Origin: Octopus bimaculoides
Taxonomy: Eukaryota
Assembly: GCF_001194135.2 (NCBI RefSeq)
Contig: NC_068983.1
Span: 165,971,878 to 166,028,193 of the forward strand
Direction of reading: 5' to 3'
Length of the DNA: 56,316 bases
In this document: positions 1 through 12,670 of the stretch, piece by piece
Numbering within the stretch: the first letter of the stretch is position 1
Layout of the letters: every line of letters starts with the position of its first letter
Notes under the pieces: model-generated
Databases searched by the model: none
What the model saw: the letters and a program-made list of their open reading frames with translations, nothing else
Told to the model about the DNA's origin: nothing
Program-made: the position numbers and the translations under genes

Positions 1-121
1 AAATGAAGAAAATAATATATAAAACAATAATATATAAAAAAAAATAAATATACCCATACATTATATTGTCTTTGAGCTTTTGTAGTTCAATAGTAGTTAA
101 CACAACCCCACTATTTACTGA

Positions 122-159
<38 letters not shown>

Positions 160-467
160 TACATACATACACATGTGTGAATAGTATATATATACATATA
201 TATATATATATGTATGTGTGTAAATGTTAATGTTAGCCAGGATAATAATTATGAAATTATTGTGTCTAGTGCTCAGATGCTCAGTAATAAGCTTTTACCA
301 GTTATACTAATTCAGCTGAAACTTCTAAATATTCGTTAACCAAGTGACCACATATACATACATTAGACTCTATACACTAATGTATGTGTATGTATAATAC
401 AAGAATGTATAATACACTTGCATGTGTTTGTACAATGAAACAGAAAACAATTGTATGTAAATGTATG

Positions 468-560
468 GATGTATGTATGGATGGATGGATGGATGGACGG
501 ATAGGTGGATGGATGAACAGATGGGTGGATGGATGGATGGATGGATGGATGGATGGGTGG
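468..560 (+). repeat. (GGAT)n microsatellite
   Basis: Direct inspection; one of many (TA)n, (CA)n, (CAT)n and (AAT)n tracts in the window. Confidence 0.95.
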
Positions 561-673
561 GTGGTCCTTTGGGGTTTAAATCAAAGTTGGTTCTTTGCAG
601 AATCACAAAGTGGTAAGGCACTTTTGTTTCAATCAAGATAACTTTGGGAGGTTTCTGGTTATCTCAATTGATT

Positions 674-747
<74 letters not shown>

Positions 748-750
<3 letters not shown>

Positions 751-1289
751 ACAATAATTAATAATATATTTTGCTTAAGACAGGTATAATTACCAGCACA
801 GGAACATATATCATACATCAAAATGAAGCTGGTCCTCTGTGGATCACATCCTTACTTCTCAACATAGTCACCATTTCTCTCAATAGCAATGTTCCACTTT
901 CGAATGAGACCATGTATCCCTGCCCCGTAAAATTCTGTTGACTGTTCTTTGAGCCACTTCTTCAATACCTCCACCCTCACCAGATTTAGCACCTTCAGAC
1001 TATCATCTCTTTGGCGCCATGAAAAAGGGTTTGAGAGGCAAACATTATTCCAGTGATAAGGAAATGAAAACTGTAGTGAAGAAGTCTCAAAGAACAGTCA
1101 ACAGAATTTTACGGGGGAAGAGATACATGCTCTCATTCGAAGGTGGAACATTGCAATTGATAGAAACGGTGACTATGTTGAGAAGTAAGGATGTGATCCA
1201 CAGAGGACCAGCTTCATTTTGATGTATGATACATGTTCTTGCGTTGGTAATTATACCTGTCCTAAACAAAATATATTATTAATTATTGT

Positions 1290-1292
<3 letters not shown>
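748..1292. mobile_element. Fold-back derivative of a mariner transposon 3' end (~220 bp inverted arms)
   Basis: 977-1188 encodes SPDLAPSDYHLFGAMKKGLRG...RWNIAIDRNGDYVEK* (mariner third-Asp motif, one frameshift). 748-~967 is the reverse complement of ~1072-1292. (TA)n on both sides. Confidence 0.85.
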
Positions 1293-1329
<37 letters not shown>

Positions 1330-1811
1330 ATGTATATAAATTTGTATTCGTGCGTGTACATGTCATGACAAAACATGTTTGTAATTTCATTACTGTGTGT
1401 GTGTGTGTGAATATGTATTCCATATGTATATGCAATTATGTGCACATGTTCATCTCATAAACCTCAAATGGAGAATTCCTGAAATGTTTTACAAATTTTT
1501 ACTGTTCTGATTGTATCCAGAAAATGTGGGAATATATATATATATATATACATACATAGATAAATGTGTGCGTGTGTGTATGTGTAAAAATACCATACAA
1601 GACAAATGTGTATATAGGTATGTATGTAAACATGCATGTGTGTATGTGTTTATGTGCATGCAAAAACAAGGATCAGCTCTCTTTTCGCAAATATTTATAA
1701 GCATAACTTTTAACAACACACACACACACATTTTTAAGTTTATATCTGGTCAATTTATGTTAAACCTCAAATATAAAATGCTTTCAATCCAATACAAAAT
1801 GTGAGACTCAC

Positions 1812-1860
1812 CTTTGAGAAAACTTAAACAAAATAGAGAAAAAAGGAGAAAATAATCCAT
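1812..1860 (-). CDS. Candidate signal-peptide exon of a minus-strand gene extending left of the window
   Basis: Minus strand reads ctag|AT ATG...: MDYFLLFSLFCLSFLK followed by AAAG|gtgagt, a strong phase-1 donor. No homology evidence. Confidence 0.25.
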
Positions 1861-2263
1861 ATCTAGACAATTACTGATTAATTTTTTGGTTAAAAATAAA
1901 TAAATGATTAAAAAATTATTTTCTCTAAGAAATTTGAGAGTTCTTTTGTTGATTAGATAAATCCTGGATTTCCTTTTTGTCTTGAATATTTTACCGACAT
2001 TAAATCCTTATGTAAAGATGAGCAGGGATGTATTTGCATCTGTTATTTCAATGACAAATATTTAATTTGTTTTCTAAAAGAACATCATACATTCTTCTTT
2101 GAAACTTTATACACACACATATACACACATACATATATGTTATATATATATGTATGTATGTATGTATGTATGAACATATATGCACTCACAGGCATATACA
2201 CACATATATCCCTATTCACATATATATATACACATACATACAAACACACACATACACACACAC

Positions 2264-2294
<31 letters not shown>

Positions 2295-4342
2295 TGCACA
2301 CAAAGGAAACAGTGAAACATTGAATGGATTTTGTCAGTGAAATCACTTGATTCGTAGTCTTTCTCACATGACTAAACACACCACTTGTGATACCCGTGTT
2401 TCGTTTTTGATTCAAGTATTAGGTTACCACCATGTCAGCCTTCTACGTTCAAAACTGACTGAAAGGAAAACCTTCTTGAAACCTAATAACCTCAATACAA
2501 TTGATACTTTTCTCTTTTTTTCTTTAACTCATTATCAATGCCTTTGTTTTGCTTTTTCTTTTGTCTTGTTTTTTTTTTTCTTTGTAATAAATTCCAGAAC
2601 AAAACAGACTTTGTATTCAGCTTCAACAAAGTTGATTTGATATTTTATTTGATTATTTATTACATTATTTTCAAACTGAATTGTTTTATTATCCTCTCTG
2701 TTCTATTTGAAGATAATAATAGCTGGCTCCTTGTCCCAGAATTGTTAGATTTCTGATTTACTTCACACCTTTTGATCCTTTTGACACCAAACCATCTAGA
2801 AGCACTCTTAGTTCTACAATACAAATGCAGTGTTGAAAAAAAGCTAACTTAAAACCTTCCATCAAAATTTCATGTTAATTTATCTTCGGAACATCAGCTT
2901 AACAGTGACAACATCATTCTACTAAATTCTTCAGTATTTTCAAACTTAACTGAAATAAAGTCTGTCTATTTCACCTGGAATATGGTAACAGAATAGTTAA
3001 AGCAGAGCAAGATAGCACTGAAGGCTTAGGAAATATTGAAATCCATTTTGCAGTCTATGGTAAATTTACACGTGCGAAAGAACTGCTATTCCTGCCCCCC
3101 CCCCCCCCCCCATCAACATGTCTACCGTGTCAACATTATTGTCCTGCTGCTCTTCACCCCCACAGGCATCATTAGATACCCCTTCCACCCTTATCCACCA
3201 TCCACTCCATCCATTCCCATCATTCATTATATTCTTACACACACACACAGCAGTCCAACACATGCCAGCATGGAAAATGGACATTAAATGATGACATATT
3301 CATCCGTTAACACAATTCCCATACATTCATGTAACCTCGATCCACCCACACTCCTAGTTCCTCTGTCCCCACTTATTTCTACTCACCAGAGGTGAATAGG
3401 ACTAGGGACAGGAGAACCATTGAGGGTCCTTCTAGACACCTCATCACCACTAATTTTACTCCTTCCTAACTTCACCCAATCACACCCACCCATCTTCTCT
3501 TCTAAAATGTGAGCAGACATGTAGCTCCCTCTACAGTAAGAAACTTGATCTCTTCTGGCCCCTTCCTTCATTTCCTAGCATACAGCAAAACTCTCTCAGG
3601 GTTTGTAGTCTTACAAGCTGCATTGTTACCCCCACCAGTGCTGGGGGCACAAAAAGAAGCCCCTAGTCGATGCTGTAGAGTGGTTGATGTTAGGAAGAGC
3701 ATCCAGCTGTAAAAACCATACCAAAGAAGGCATTGGAGCCCAATGCAGTTCTTGGACACATTGAATCCTATAAAAGCATCTAACACTTGCTTGCATGGAC
3801 CATGGGCATCAAAAGATGATGGTGATGATGATGACATTGGGACTGAACCTGGGACAAACCCCTCAAATAGATTTGAGTCTGGTTATTTATATGTGAATTT
3901 ATTACAATCTGTGGTACTAATATTGTTTTGCTTTAACATTCTCGCCTTGAAGACGAGCTGTCCATGGAAACACCTGTATCCCAGTGACTTAGTTCATTGA
4001 TGGGGCTGAACAGAAGAAAACTTCCATACATGAAGGGTCGAGAATTGATTTAGTGAAAATGAGTCTCAGCTGAATAGAAACTAAAACACAACTACTTAAT
4101 AGCGAACGACCATATTTGATATACAGAAAGGGAATGGATGTACTGTGTACTAATTATAACCATGGGTATGTAAAGAGTACCGTGAGATTACTGGTAGCCA
4201 AAAGAGAAGGATTTCATATTCACTAGAAAAGTTAGCTGCAAGAGGACCCAAGATTGCAAACGCTTAATTGACCGGTAGACTCGTTAGACTCATTAGAACA
4301 ATGGTTGTAAACATGTACACTAGAATGGGTACTGAGATCCAA

Positions 4343-4541
4343 CTCTTTTACTCTTTTACTTGTTTCAGTCATTTGACTGCAGCCATGCTGGGGCACCGCC
4401 TTTAGTTGAGCAAATCGACCCCAGAACTTATTCTTTGTAAGCCTAGTACTTATTCTATCAGACTCTTTTTGCTGAACCGCTAGATTATGGGGACGTAAAC
4501 ACACCAGCATTGGTTGTCAAGCGATGCTGGGGGGACAATAC

Positions 4542-4596
<55 letters not shown>

Positions 4597-4685
4597 CCCG
4601 AGGCTATAGTAGAAGACACTTGCCCAAAGTGCCATGCAGTGGGACTGAACCCGGAACCATGTGGTTGATAAGCAAGTTACTTACC
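4343..4685 (-). mobile_element. tRNA-derived SINE, family A
   Basis: Matches the copies at 6998-7344 and 20085-20458 (GGTTCAGTCC B-box; gtcgatttgctcgactaaaggcggtg body). Confidence 0.85.
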
Positions 4686-5155
4686 TGTGGATTTTTAAAA
4701 CTACAAAGGCTTAAGAAAAATCTCTCAATATACTTGGAAGGCTTGAAAATTTGTTATTCCTAATTTCATGCTAGCAAGGAAGACGGACATTATACGATGA
4801 TGATGATGATGACTGTTATTCCTAATTTCATAATTGATAAGGTTAGAATTAATTGTAGTTTGTTACTCTGATGAGTTAATGAGCTGTAAAGGTGGATATT
4901 GTGAGGGCATGGAGTATGGAGGGAACAGAAAAATTTCAGGGAGCCATTTCTGTGAGTAACGATATCTGTCTACAGGAGTGAAATGTGTGTTATGAATGTA
5001 GAGGAAAAAACAGGGAAAGATTGGTAAGAATGTGGCAAACGTTCTCTGCTGGATGTTTAATGCCAAATTGCTTGAAATATAGAACACAACTGTGGTGAGA
5101 GAACAGGGTCTCAGCAGTATAAGATGGAGGAATACAAGACCTTAGATGAAAGGGG

Positions 5156-5338
5156 GGTAAATTTTCAGATTAACACCCGCAAGATTTTCACTAAGGTGTT
5201 AGGGTCAGGGCTAGGGTTTTAGGCTTAGGTTTACGGTTACGGTTAGGGTTAGGGTTTTAGGGTTAGGGGATTCCGTCCCTAACCCTAAACCCTAAAACCC
5301 TAGTGAAAATCGTGCGGGTGTTAATCTGAAAATTTACC
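5156..5338. mobile_element. MITE with 41-bp TIRs, 8-bp TSD and internal head-to-head telomere-like repeats
   Basis: TIR GGTAAATTTTCAGATTAACACCCGCA(A/C)GATTTTCACTA(A/G)GG at both ends; flanks GAAAGGGG (5148-5155) and GAAAGGAG (5339-5346); degenerate TTAGGG repeats then CCCTAA repeats inside. Confidence 0.85.
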
Positions 5339-6997
5339 GAAAGGAGTACTGGATGGGCGAGGATGAGGAAGACCGAAGAAGACGTAGGCAGGATTGATGA
5401 GGATGACGTTAGGATGATGAGCCTCACTAACAAACAAGATGAAAGTGAGCTGCAGCAGGCATGGCCGCAGAGGAAAGTGGACGTAAATCGATGAAATATT
5501 GTTTTTTAATTGGTAGGTCTAGGGATTGGATAATTGCCTTAATCTTTATCCTTTGTTATCTAAATGCTTTTTAAAAAATAAAAATTAGAAAAACAAATAA
5601 AAACATTTAAAGTGCATTTAATGTTGAAAGAGACGAATTTAGTAAAAGGAACGTATAAAAACTGAAATTGTTACATGAAAAACGAAACTAATTTATTGTC
5701 AAACGAGTTACAAGCAACTGTATTTTCTTTTCTATTGCTAAATTGAGTAAAATGAAAGAGGAAGGAGAAAGATGGTTTTTCTATATTAATGTAACATAAT
5801 ATATACTCTCACATAATTATATATTTAAAATTATCGAGAAAGATAATCTGTGTTCAAGACACTAAATTTAAAAGGAGGGGGGGGATAATCCTTTCGAAGA
5901 GTTCTATTTCCGTTTCCCATAATTCTACATCCGGTACAGGAACACCCGGTTTTGTTTAGAATTTTTTTTTCCTTAAACGTGTTCCTCTAATTCATACTTT
6001 TCACATATTCCGATTTGTAAGTATCTTTTGATCCTCACTTTAATTGTTTTTCATTTTAAAAGTGTTAATCATTTCCTGTAAATTAATAAACTTATATAAT
6101 TAACCACAGTTCTGTTAATTTGGATGTTTAAAAAACTTTACGGAGTTTGTCATAAAGAAACCCGCTTTTTTGGTGTTAATAAGTTAAATATTTATAATTA
6201 TTAGTTTTAAAAGGAATCAGAGCTTCCCATGCGGTTATAATTATTATATCTGTGACCTGAGTATGGTGTATTAATTCTTGTTAAATAATGTTATAGTAAT
6301 TCGATCGTTCTTAAAGCGATCGGAAACCGTTTGTAATAACATTTTAGTATCCTTGCTACCAACTTTATGTCTTTCCATCTTGACTTCTATTATATTTCTG
6401 TACATCTATCTTGACGGACCCTTATCTGTATTACAGTCTTTCTATTGTGACCGATTAAAATGTCTTGTTATAATTCTGCGATTTGTTTTTACATAATTCC
6501 ATCTCTGATCTGCTACTGTTAACGCAAAAGGAAATCCAGCCAGAACACTGCTAGGCAAACATGAACAGCATTAAGTTTTCTAAACAAACCAGGAAAACTG
6601 TCTTTTAAATATTTAAAATATAAACTGAGTGGCATAATTACAGATGTGTACCCCTTCTGACTTTGTTGCCTCATAACATCCAGAAAGATGGATATAAGTT
6701 ATGAGGCAAAAAATTGTATCGTGTGAATTTTCCGAAAGTCCTCCCGGTTCCTTGGCGCAGATTTTTGTTTTCATATTTGTTTTATAAACATTCTTTTACA
6801 CCTGTTACACTTTCTTTGTTTGTTTTGGTGGCCAGGTGTTAAAGTAGTAATTAAGTGAAGAGAAAGGAGTTTCAGACAATTCATACGATCCGACTTTTCC
6901 CCCCTCATAACTTTTAGGGAAATGAATATCTTTTAATGAAATTTTATACAAATATCTTGATTATAAAGAAAATCGTTTGCAAAAAAATGTTTTCACC

Positions 6998-7344
6998 ACC
7001 ACACGGTTCTGGGTTCAGTCCCACTGCGTGGCACCTTGGGTAAGTGTCTTCTACTATAGCCTCGGGCCGACCAAAGCCTTGTTAGAGGATTTGATAGACG
7101 GAAACTGAAAGAAGCCCGCCGTATATATGTATGTGTGTGTCTGTGTTTGTCCCCCAACATCGCTTGACAACCGATGCTGGTGTGTTTACGTCTCTGTTAC
7201 TGAGCGGTTTGGCAAAGAGACCGATAGAATTAGTACTAGGCTTACAAAGAATAAGTCCTGGGGGTCGATTTGCGCTCGACTAAAGGCGGTGCTCCAGCAT
7301 GGCCGCAGTCAAAATGACTGAAACAAGTAAAAGAGTAAAGAGTA
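6998..7344 (+). mobile_element. tRNA-derived SINE, family A (A-box missing)
   Basis: GGGTTCAGTCCCACTGCGTGGCACCTTGGG head and AAAGAGT-type tail; inverted relative to 4343-4685. Confidence 0.85.
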
Positions 7345-7535
7345 TACCACTCTGGACTGATTTTGGGAGGAACCTCTGACTTTCGTTGTTGATCGAGGAA
7401 AACGTGCTTTGCTGCAGTAATCCAAGAGTTTTATATCTAACGTCGCAATACGAGAGAGACAGGAACAGGAGCAATGGCAGAAAAAGAGTCTATGCTATTA
7501 AAATGAATTATTGCTTACATTAATTAACAACTGGA

Positions 7536-7986
7536 AGATTTAACGATTGTCGTGCAATTTTAGGACAATCTGCCTTTAACTCGGCTCAGCGCGACATGAC
7601 GGGAAGAAGAAGTTTTTAACAAACTGCCTTAACTTGACGGGAAGAGATTGTTGTTGTTCCATAATGGGTGCGAGTTCAATCTCTGGGTCAATCACACTGA
7701 ATGCAAAAATAGTGTGATTGAACTCTGTGGGAAAAGTTAGGTTTTTGAGTTTTAATTTTCAGTTGCCATTGTCATACAGGTCAATGGATCAGTGGGTATA
7801 AGTTCAATCTCCGGCTCAATCACAAAAATAGTTTGATTGAGCTGGAGATTGAACCCATCCATTAACCCATACGAAAATAAAGACTGTTATATCTAACTTT
7901 TCCCATTGATTTAATTCCGTTTACGTCGGACTATTTGTTAAAACTTATCCTTCCCGCCTTAGAATTGCACGACAATTGTTAAATCT
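7536..7986. mobile_element. Degraded MITE-like element with ~30-bp TIRs and two internal hairpins
   Basis: agatttaacgattgtcgtgcaattttagg (7536-7564) pairs with 7957-7986; hairpins at ~7672-7724 and 7802-7854. Confidence 0.6.
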
Positions 7987-8767
7987 CTGTCATCCACCTC
8001 TTCTGGCATCACTTAATTAGCCATGATATAATACAATGTAAATGTTTAGTAAGTGCTGAATGGAATTTAAGGTCGTCTTCTACCTTTCTCCAATTTCACA
8101 GCAATGAACGAAACACAATGCTGTTTTACTGACAGACTCTAATATCACCGAAAACGGTGTTTTTAGCACTACACTCTCACCTGAACTATCACCACTTTTG
8201 ATTCCATTTGTTCTTAACTCGTTGCCTTTGCTTAATTTTGTTAATCATTGTCTATAGATTTAGTCTTAATTAAAATTATCGTCTGTGATCGCCGCATTAA
8301 TTTTGTTAACCTTTCTAGGCTGCAGTCCAATGACTGAAACAAGTAGAAAGTAAAGCTATTATCTTATATCGTTTGCTTGTTTCAGTTACTTGACTGCGGC
8401 CATACTGGGGATCCACATCAAAAGTTTTGGTCGAATAAATCGACTGCAGTAGTTATTTTTTTGAGCCTGACAGTTATTCTATCAGTCTTTTAGCCGAAGC
8501 GACTTCACAAGCCCTTTTCCAATGTACCCTACCCTTTTTTTTTTTTTTGTTACTATAGCCTTCGAAATGATATGTGAGGTGGGGTATCTTTTTGTGAAAA
8601 AAAGTTTAGAAAATTTTTTTTGTACACCCACCTCCCTCTCTTCCCTCCTCCCTGCCATTTTTCTACCCTAATATTGTATACAATTTTGTTACTGTTTTTT
8701 ATTGTTGCTTTATCTTTTGATCAATTTGATTGATTTTTTTTTTCTTTTTCAGACACATTGAATAATT

Positions 8768-8893
8768 ATGGATTTGCAACACCGACCTGGTGGTAAGACC
8801 GGTTCGGGGGGGTTGGCATCTGCTTCAGAAACCAACCTCGACCGGCGAGAGCGAATGCGACAGTTGGCCTTGGAGACCATTAATTTAAATAAG
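8768..8893 (+). CDS. SF3A2: SF3A2 (splicing factor 3A subunit 2, SF3a66) coding exon 1
   Basis: Encodes MDLQHRPGGKTGSGGLASASETNLDRRERMRQLALETINLNK, the conserved SF3A2 N-terminus. Acceptor ttttcag ends 8752; donor AAG|gtaag at 8894; phase 0. Confidence 0.97.
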
Positions 8894-10080
8894 GTAAGAA
8901 AATATCCCACAGAAATCTGTTTTTTCTCTTCATTGGCTCTGCCAGAATTTGGTATAGCACTACAATAGAAAGGAGTTGAAGATTTTGAACTTCAGATTGT
9001 GCAACTCGGTTTTATTCTAGCAAAAATTGGTTCCTTCCTATTCCATAGTGAAATAATTAACATCACAAAAGTCATTTCGTGACCACCACCATTGTTTCAA
9101 TCTCTATTTTCCCATACTTGTATGAATCAAATGGAATTTGTTGGGGCAATTGTTCTATGACTGGATGATGCCCTTTCTTTCACCAGCTTTCAGCTGTTTC
9201 TGTGCAAGATAATATTCCCCACAGCCAGACATGTTTCCATGAAAGATTGGAAGTGAAGAACACTGCTTGTAAGATGACGTTTATGTACAGCTATCACCCA
9301 ATGTCAAACACACACACATACACACACTCTCTCTCATATATACAATGGACTTCTTTCAGTTTCTGTCCCCTAAATCCACTTCTAAGGCTTTGCTCAGCCC
9401 AAAGTTGTTTCCCTGATATACGCTTCTTGTTTTAAACCAATCTACATTAAAAGTTTCCAACAAAATTTCGAGTTAATTTATCATGAAACTCCAGCTTGAT
9501 AACGAGAGTTATTTAATAAGTTCTTTACTTCCACAATTAATTGAAAGCACAACTGTATTTCAACAAAAATATGGTAACAAAAAGGGTTAAATGCGGTCAA
9601 ATTCTCATCTCTTATTACTTAATCTTTTTCTGAACAATAGGAATATAAAATAAATGACATTTTTATATGTCTTCTATGTAGGTTTACAGCTATGATACCA
9701 TATGTTGATCCTGTGTGGACTGGGTTGCCTGTTGCTAGACCTTCGATATTAGGAGTTAAACATATTAATAGCTTCAGTTCTCTGGAGTTTCTGGATTTGA
9801 TGTGTATTCAAGCAGAATGGCTACTTCTTTCTCTGGGATTCATCAAATGGTGTAGACGCTTCTGATATGACCCCCAATAAGGGTAAAAAATTAAGGTCGT
9901 TCATAGTATTCTTCAATCTACACAAAGACAGGTAAAAGAGACATGTTTGTTTGTCTACCTATAACGGTTTATGTATTTATTCCAGACTTTAAAAACAATT
10001 CAACTTTAAGATTTTTTTACTTTTTCTTGAATGTATTTAAATGGGAAAACTAATTTTTGTTTCTTTTTGTTTCTTTTCAG

Positions 10081-10152
10081 GACCCTTATTTTATGAAAAA
10101 TCATTTGGGATCTTATGAATGTAAATTATGTTTGACATTACACAACAATGAG
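10081..10152 (+). CDS. SF3A2: SF3A2 coding exon 2 (matrin-type zinc finger, first half)
   Basis: DPYFMKNHLGSYECKLCLTLHNNE; ttttcag| acceptor, |gtaaat donor; 72 nt, phase 0-0. Confidence 0.97.
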
Positions 10153-11051
10153 GTAAATATTTTCAGCTCTTTCTCTCGCCATCTCTATTATATGTTACTG
10201 AAAAACATTGGATGAAGCTGTTGTCAAGTGCTTCACTTGGCTCTTTAACATGTCGATTTAGAATCTAAAAGCCTTCGTGCAACCTTTCGGTTGATCTACA
10301 AAGTCAGAGGCTTTAGGTACCTTTTGTTTCTTATCTCCTGGGGGGTTATTTATTGCTGTATTTTTGTTAGGTTTCTGACCCAAATACTACATTCTGCTGT
10401 TTACATGTGGTGGCAGGGCTTTTTTTTTTTTTTTTTTGGAAGACAGTTCTTAAAAGAGGACTAAATGTTCAACATAAGAAATGGTTTGCATCCAACCCTT
10501 ATGGAATGAAAGAAAATATCAATACATTATCTATGGAAAGTATTTTATAAGTTTGGCTTTGCTGCTGCTACTACTACTACTATAACTAGTAGGAAGGAGT
10601 ATTACTGTTGCTACTGCTTTTGCCCTGGAGTAAAATATTAGTTTCAAATATTGACACAAGGCCAGCAATTTCAGAAGAGAGGTGAGGTCAATTACATTGA
10701 GCCCGGTGTTCAACTGGTACCTATTTTATTGACCCCAAAAAGCTAAAAGGCAAGTCGACCTCAACAGGATTTGATCTCAGAACATAAAAACAGATGAAAT
10801 GCCGCTAAGCATTTCTACCAGCTTGCCATTGCCACCTTCCCAGATGGGGACCCAATTATCAATGATGATGTAATTAAAACAATCTCAGTGATGTAAACAT
10901 TGAAACTCATCTGTTCGTTCCAAGCCTGTTAATGGTCGATGATGTAGAATTAAAAACTGATAATCATCGTATATTAATTACTACTTTGTTTTAAACTCTC
11001 TCCGCAATTTCTTTGTATCTTTGAATGACGACGGTTTCTGTTTCTCTTCAG

Positions 11052-11098
11052 GGTAGCTACTTAGCCCATACCCAAGGGAAAAAGCACCAGGCCAATTT
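11052..11098 (+). CDS. SF3A2: SF3A2 coding exon 3
   Basis: GSYLAHTQGKKHQAN(L); cttcag| acceptor, |gtgagt donor; 47 nt, phase 0-2. Confidence 0.97.
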
Positions 11099-12670
11099 GT
11101 GAGTATCTTTATATTTTTATTGGTTTTCTTAATCATCTCTATTGAAGTTATTATTTTTTAATTAATGCTTTAATAGACTGATGCATAAAAACTTGTCCGA
11201 CATCTCTTGTGTTTAGTTGATGTCCCTAAACTTTCTCATTTTGACAGAACATTTTTAATGGCTAAATCAGGGGAGATAATCGGTGCCCAGTGACCCTTTT
11301 CAGGGATTCTAAGACCTTTGGGTGAAAATGGAAGAAGGTGGAGACCCCACCCAAATACTTGGAACAGATTAGACTCCACTAAAGACATTCAAGGGTCAGA
11401 TGGTGATGGTTTAACCGTGCCATCCAAGAATACGAACATTCCCAAATTTCTTTTATTAGTCACTGGTTAATGCCAAAGAAGACACCTTTCGAGTTTTATC
11501 AACATTAAATAAAAAAAAAAAAGAAAAACGATATTACAATCTGCATTTCATTTAGTTTGTTGTAATCTATGACTAAAGAATCACCAAATTAAAGAAACTA
11601 TGAGTTTGTATTATGTAACCTTACTATCTGACTCGTCATCATCATTTAACGTCCTTTTCCCATGCTGGCATGGGTTGGACGGTTTGACAGAAGCTGATAA
11701 GGCTGGGAGCTGTCCAGGCTCCATTCTCTATTCCGGCAGGGTTTCTATGGTTGGATGCCCCTTCTAATGCCAACCACTTTACAGAGTGGATTGGGTGCTT
11801 TTTATGTGGGACCAGCTCTTGGTCTTTTACATGATGCTGGCATGAGTGTTTTATTTGTGGCACCGTCTTTTATATTTTATTGCGCACATCATCATCATCA
11901 TCATACATCTGTTTTCCATGCTGGCATGGGTTGGACAGTTTGACAGAATCCAGTGTACTCCAGGGCTTCTCTCCCTTTAACCACAAAACAGGATAGCACT
12001 TGAAAACTGAATTAGTGTTTGCTGTTATGTTGTCCCTAGTTACAAAAAAAAAAAAAAACTACTTTTGTGTTAATTTAGAAACAGTAANNNNNNNNNNCCA
12101 GTTGATTACAATGTTTGAATTTTCATTCAATGAATTTTTTTTTTTTTTTTTTTTTTTTTCAAACCATTTAGTAATCCTTATTCCTCTCTCAACCCCTTTA
12201 CTTAGCTTTTGTGGACTTGGGGAAAGCCTTTGACAGGGTCCCCCGATCCCTTATCTGGTGGGCGATCTTCCGTTCTGGGTTGAATGGTTTAACGGGCTGG
12301 CAAGCCAAAGGATTGCACCAAGCTCAACTGTCTGTTTTTATGGTTGATTCCTTCCTAACAACAAACTACTTTGGACTTGGTGCTTTTTATGTGGCACCAG
12401 CAATGGCAAGGTCTGTCTTGGCATAGTTTTTACAGCTGGATGCCCTTCCTAATGCCACCCACCCCACAGAGTGGACTGGAAACTGAAAGCTTCCATAGGT
12501 TGTTACAGTTTTTCTCTCTCCTGAGATTTTATATTATTTTCCATTGAAGTGTCAGATGATAACCAGAATCCTCATTAAACAAAACTGGGTTCCATGAAAC
12601 CATTTCCAAATGGTAATTCTTCAGAAATTCTTATTTAGTTTTCATGATTAGTTTTTCTTTGTTTTCTTAG

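Noticed and set aside
370-2415. Many 60-100 aa ORFs rich in YI, HT, CV or WMDG repeats, here and throughout
   Set aside because: Translations of (TA)n, (CA)n and (GGAT)n microsatellites; no splice or homology support.
5197-5301. Ancestral telomere-telomere fusion site
   Set aside because: The repeats are short, degenerate and enclosed by 41-bp TIRs and an 8-bp TSD, which a transposon insertion explains better.
5120-5520. GC-richer segment with possible ORF (MEEYKTLDER...) or exon (MAAEESGRK...)
   Set aside because: No recognisable homology, short frames, and interruption by the MITE.
7000-7030. tRNA genes
   Set aside because: A/B-box motifs belong to SINE heads; no complete cloverleaf was found.
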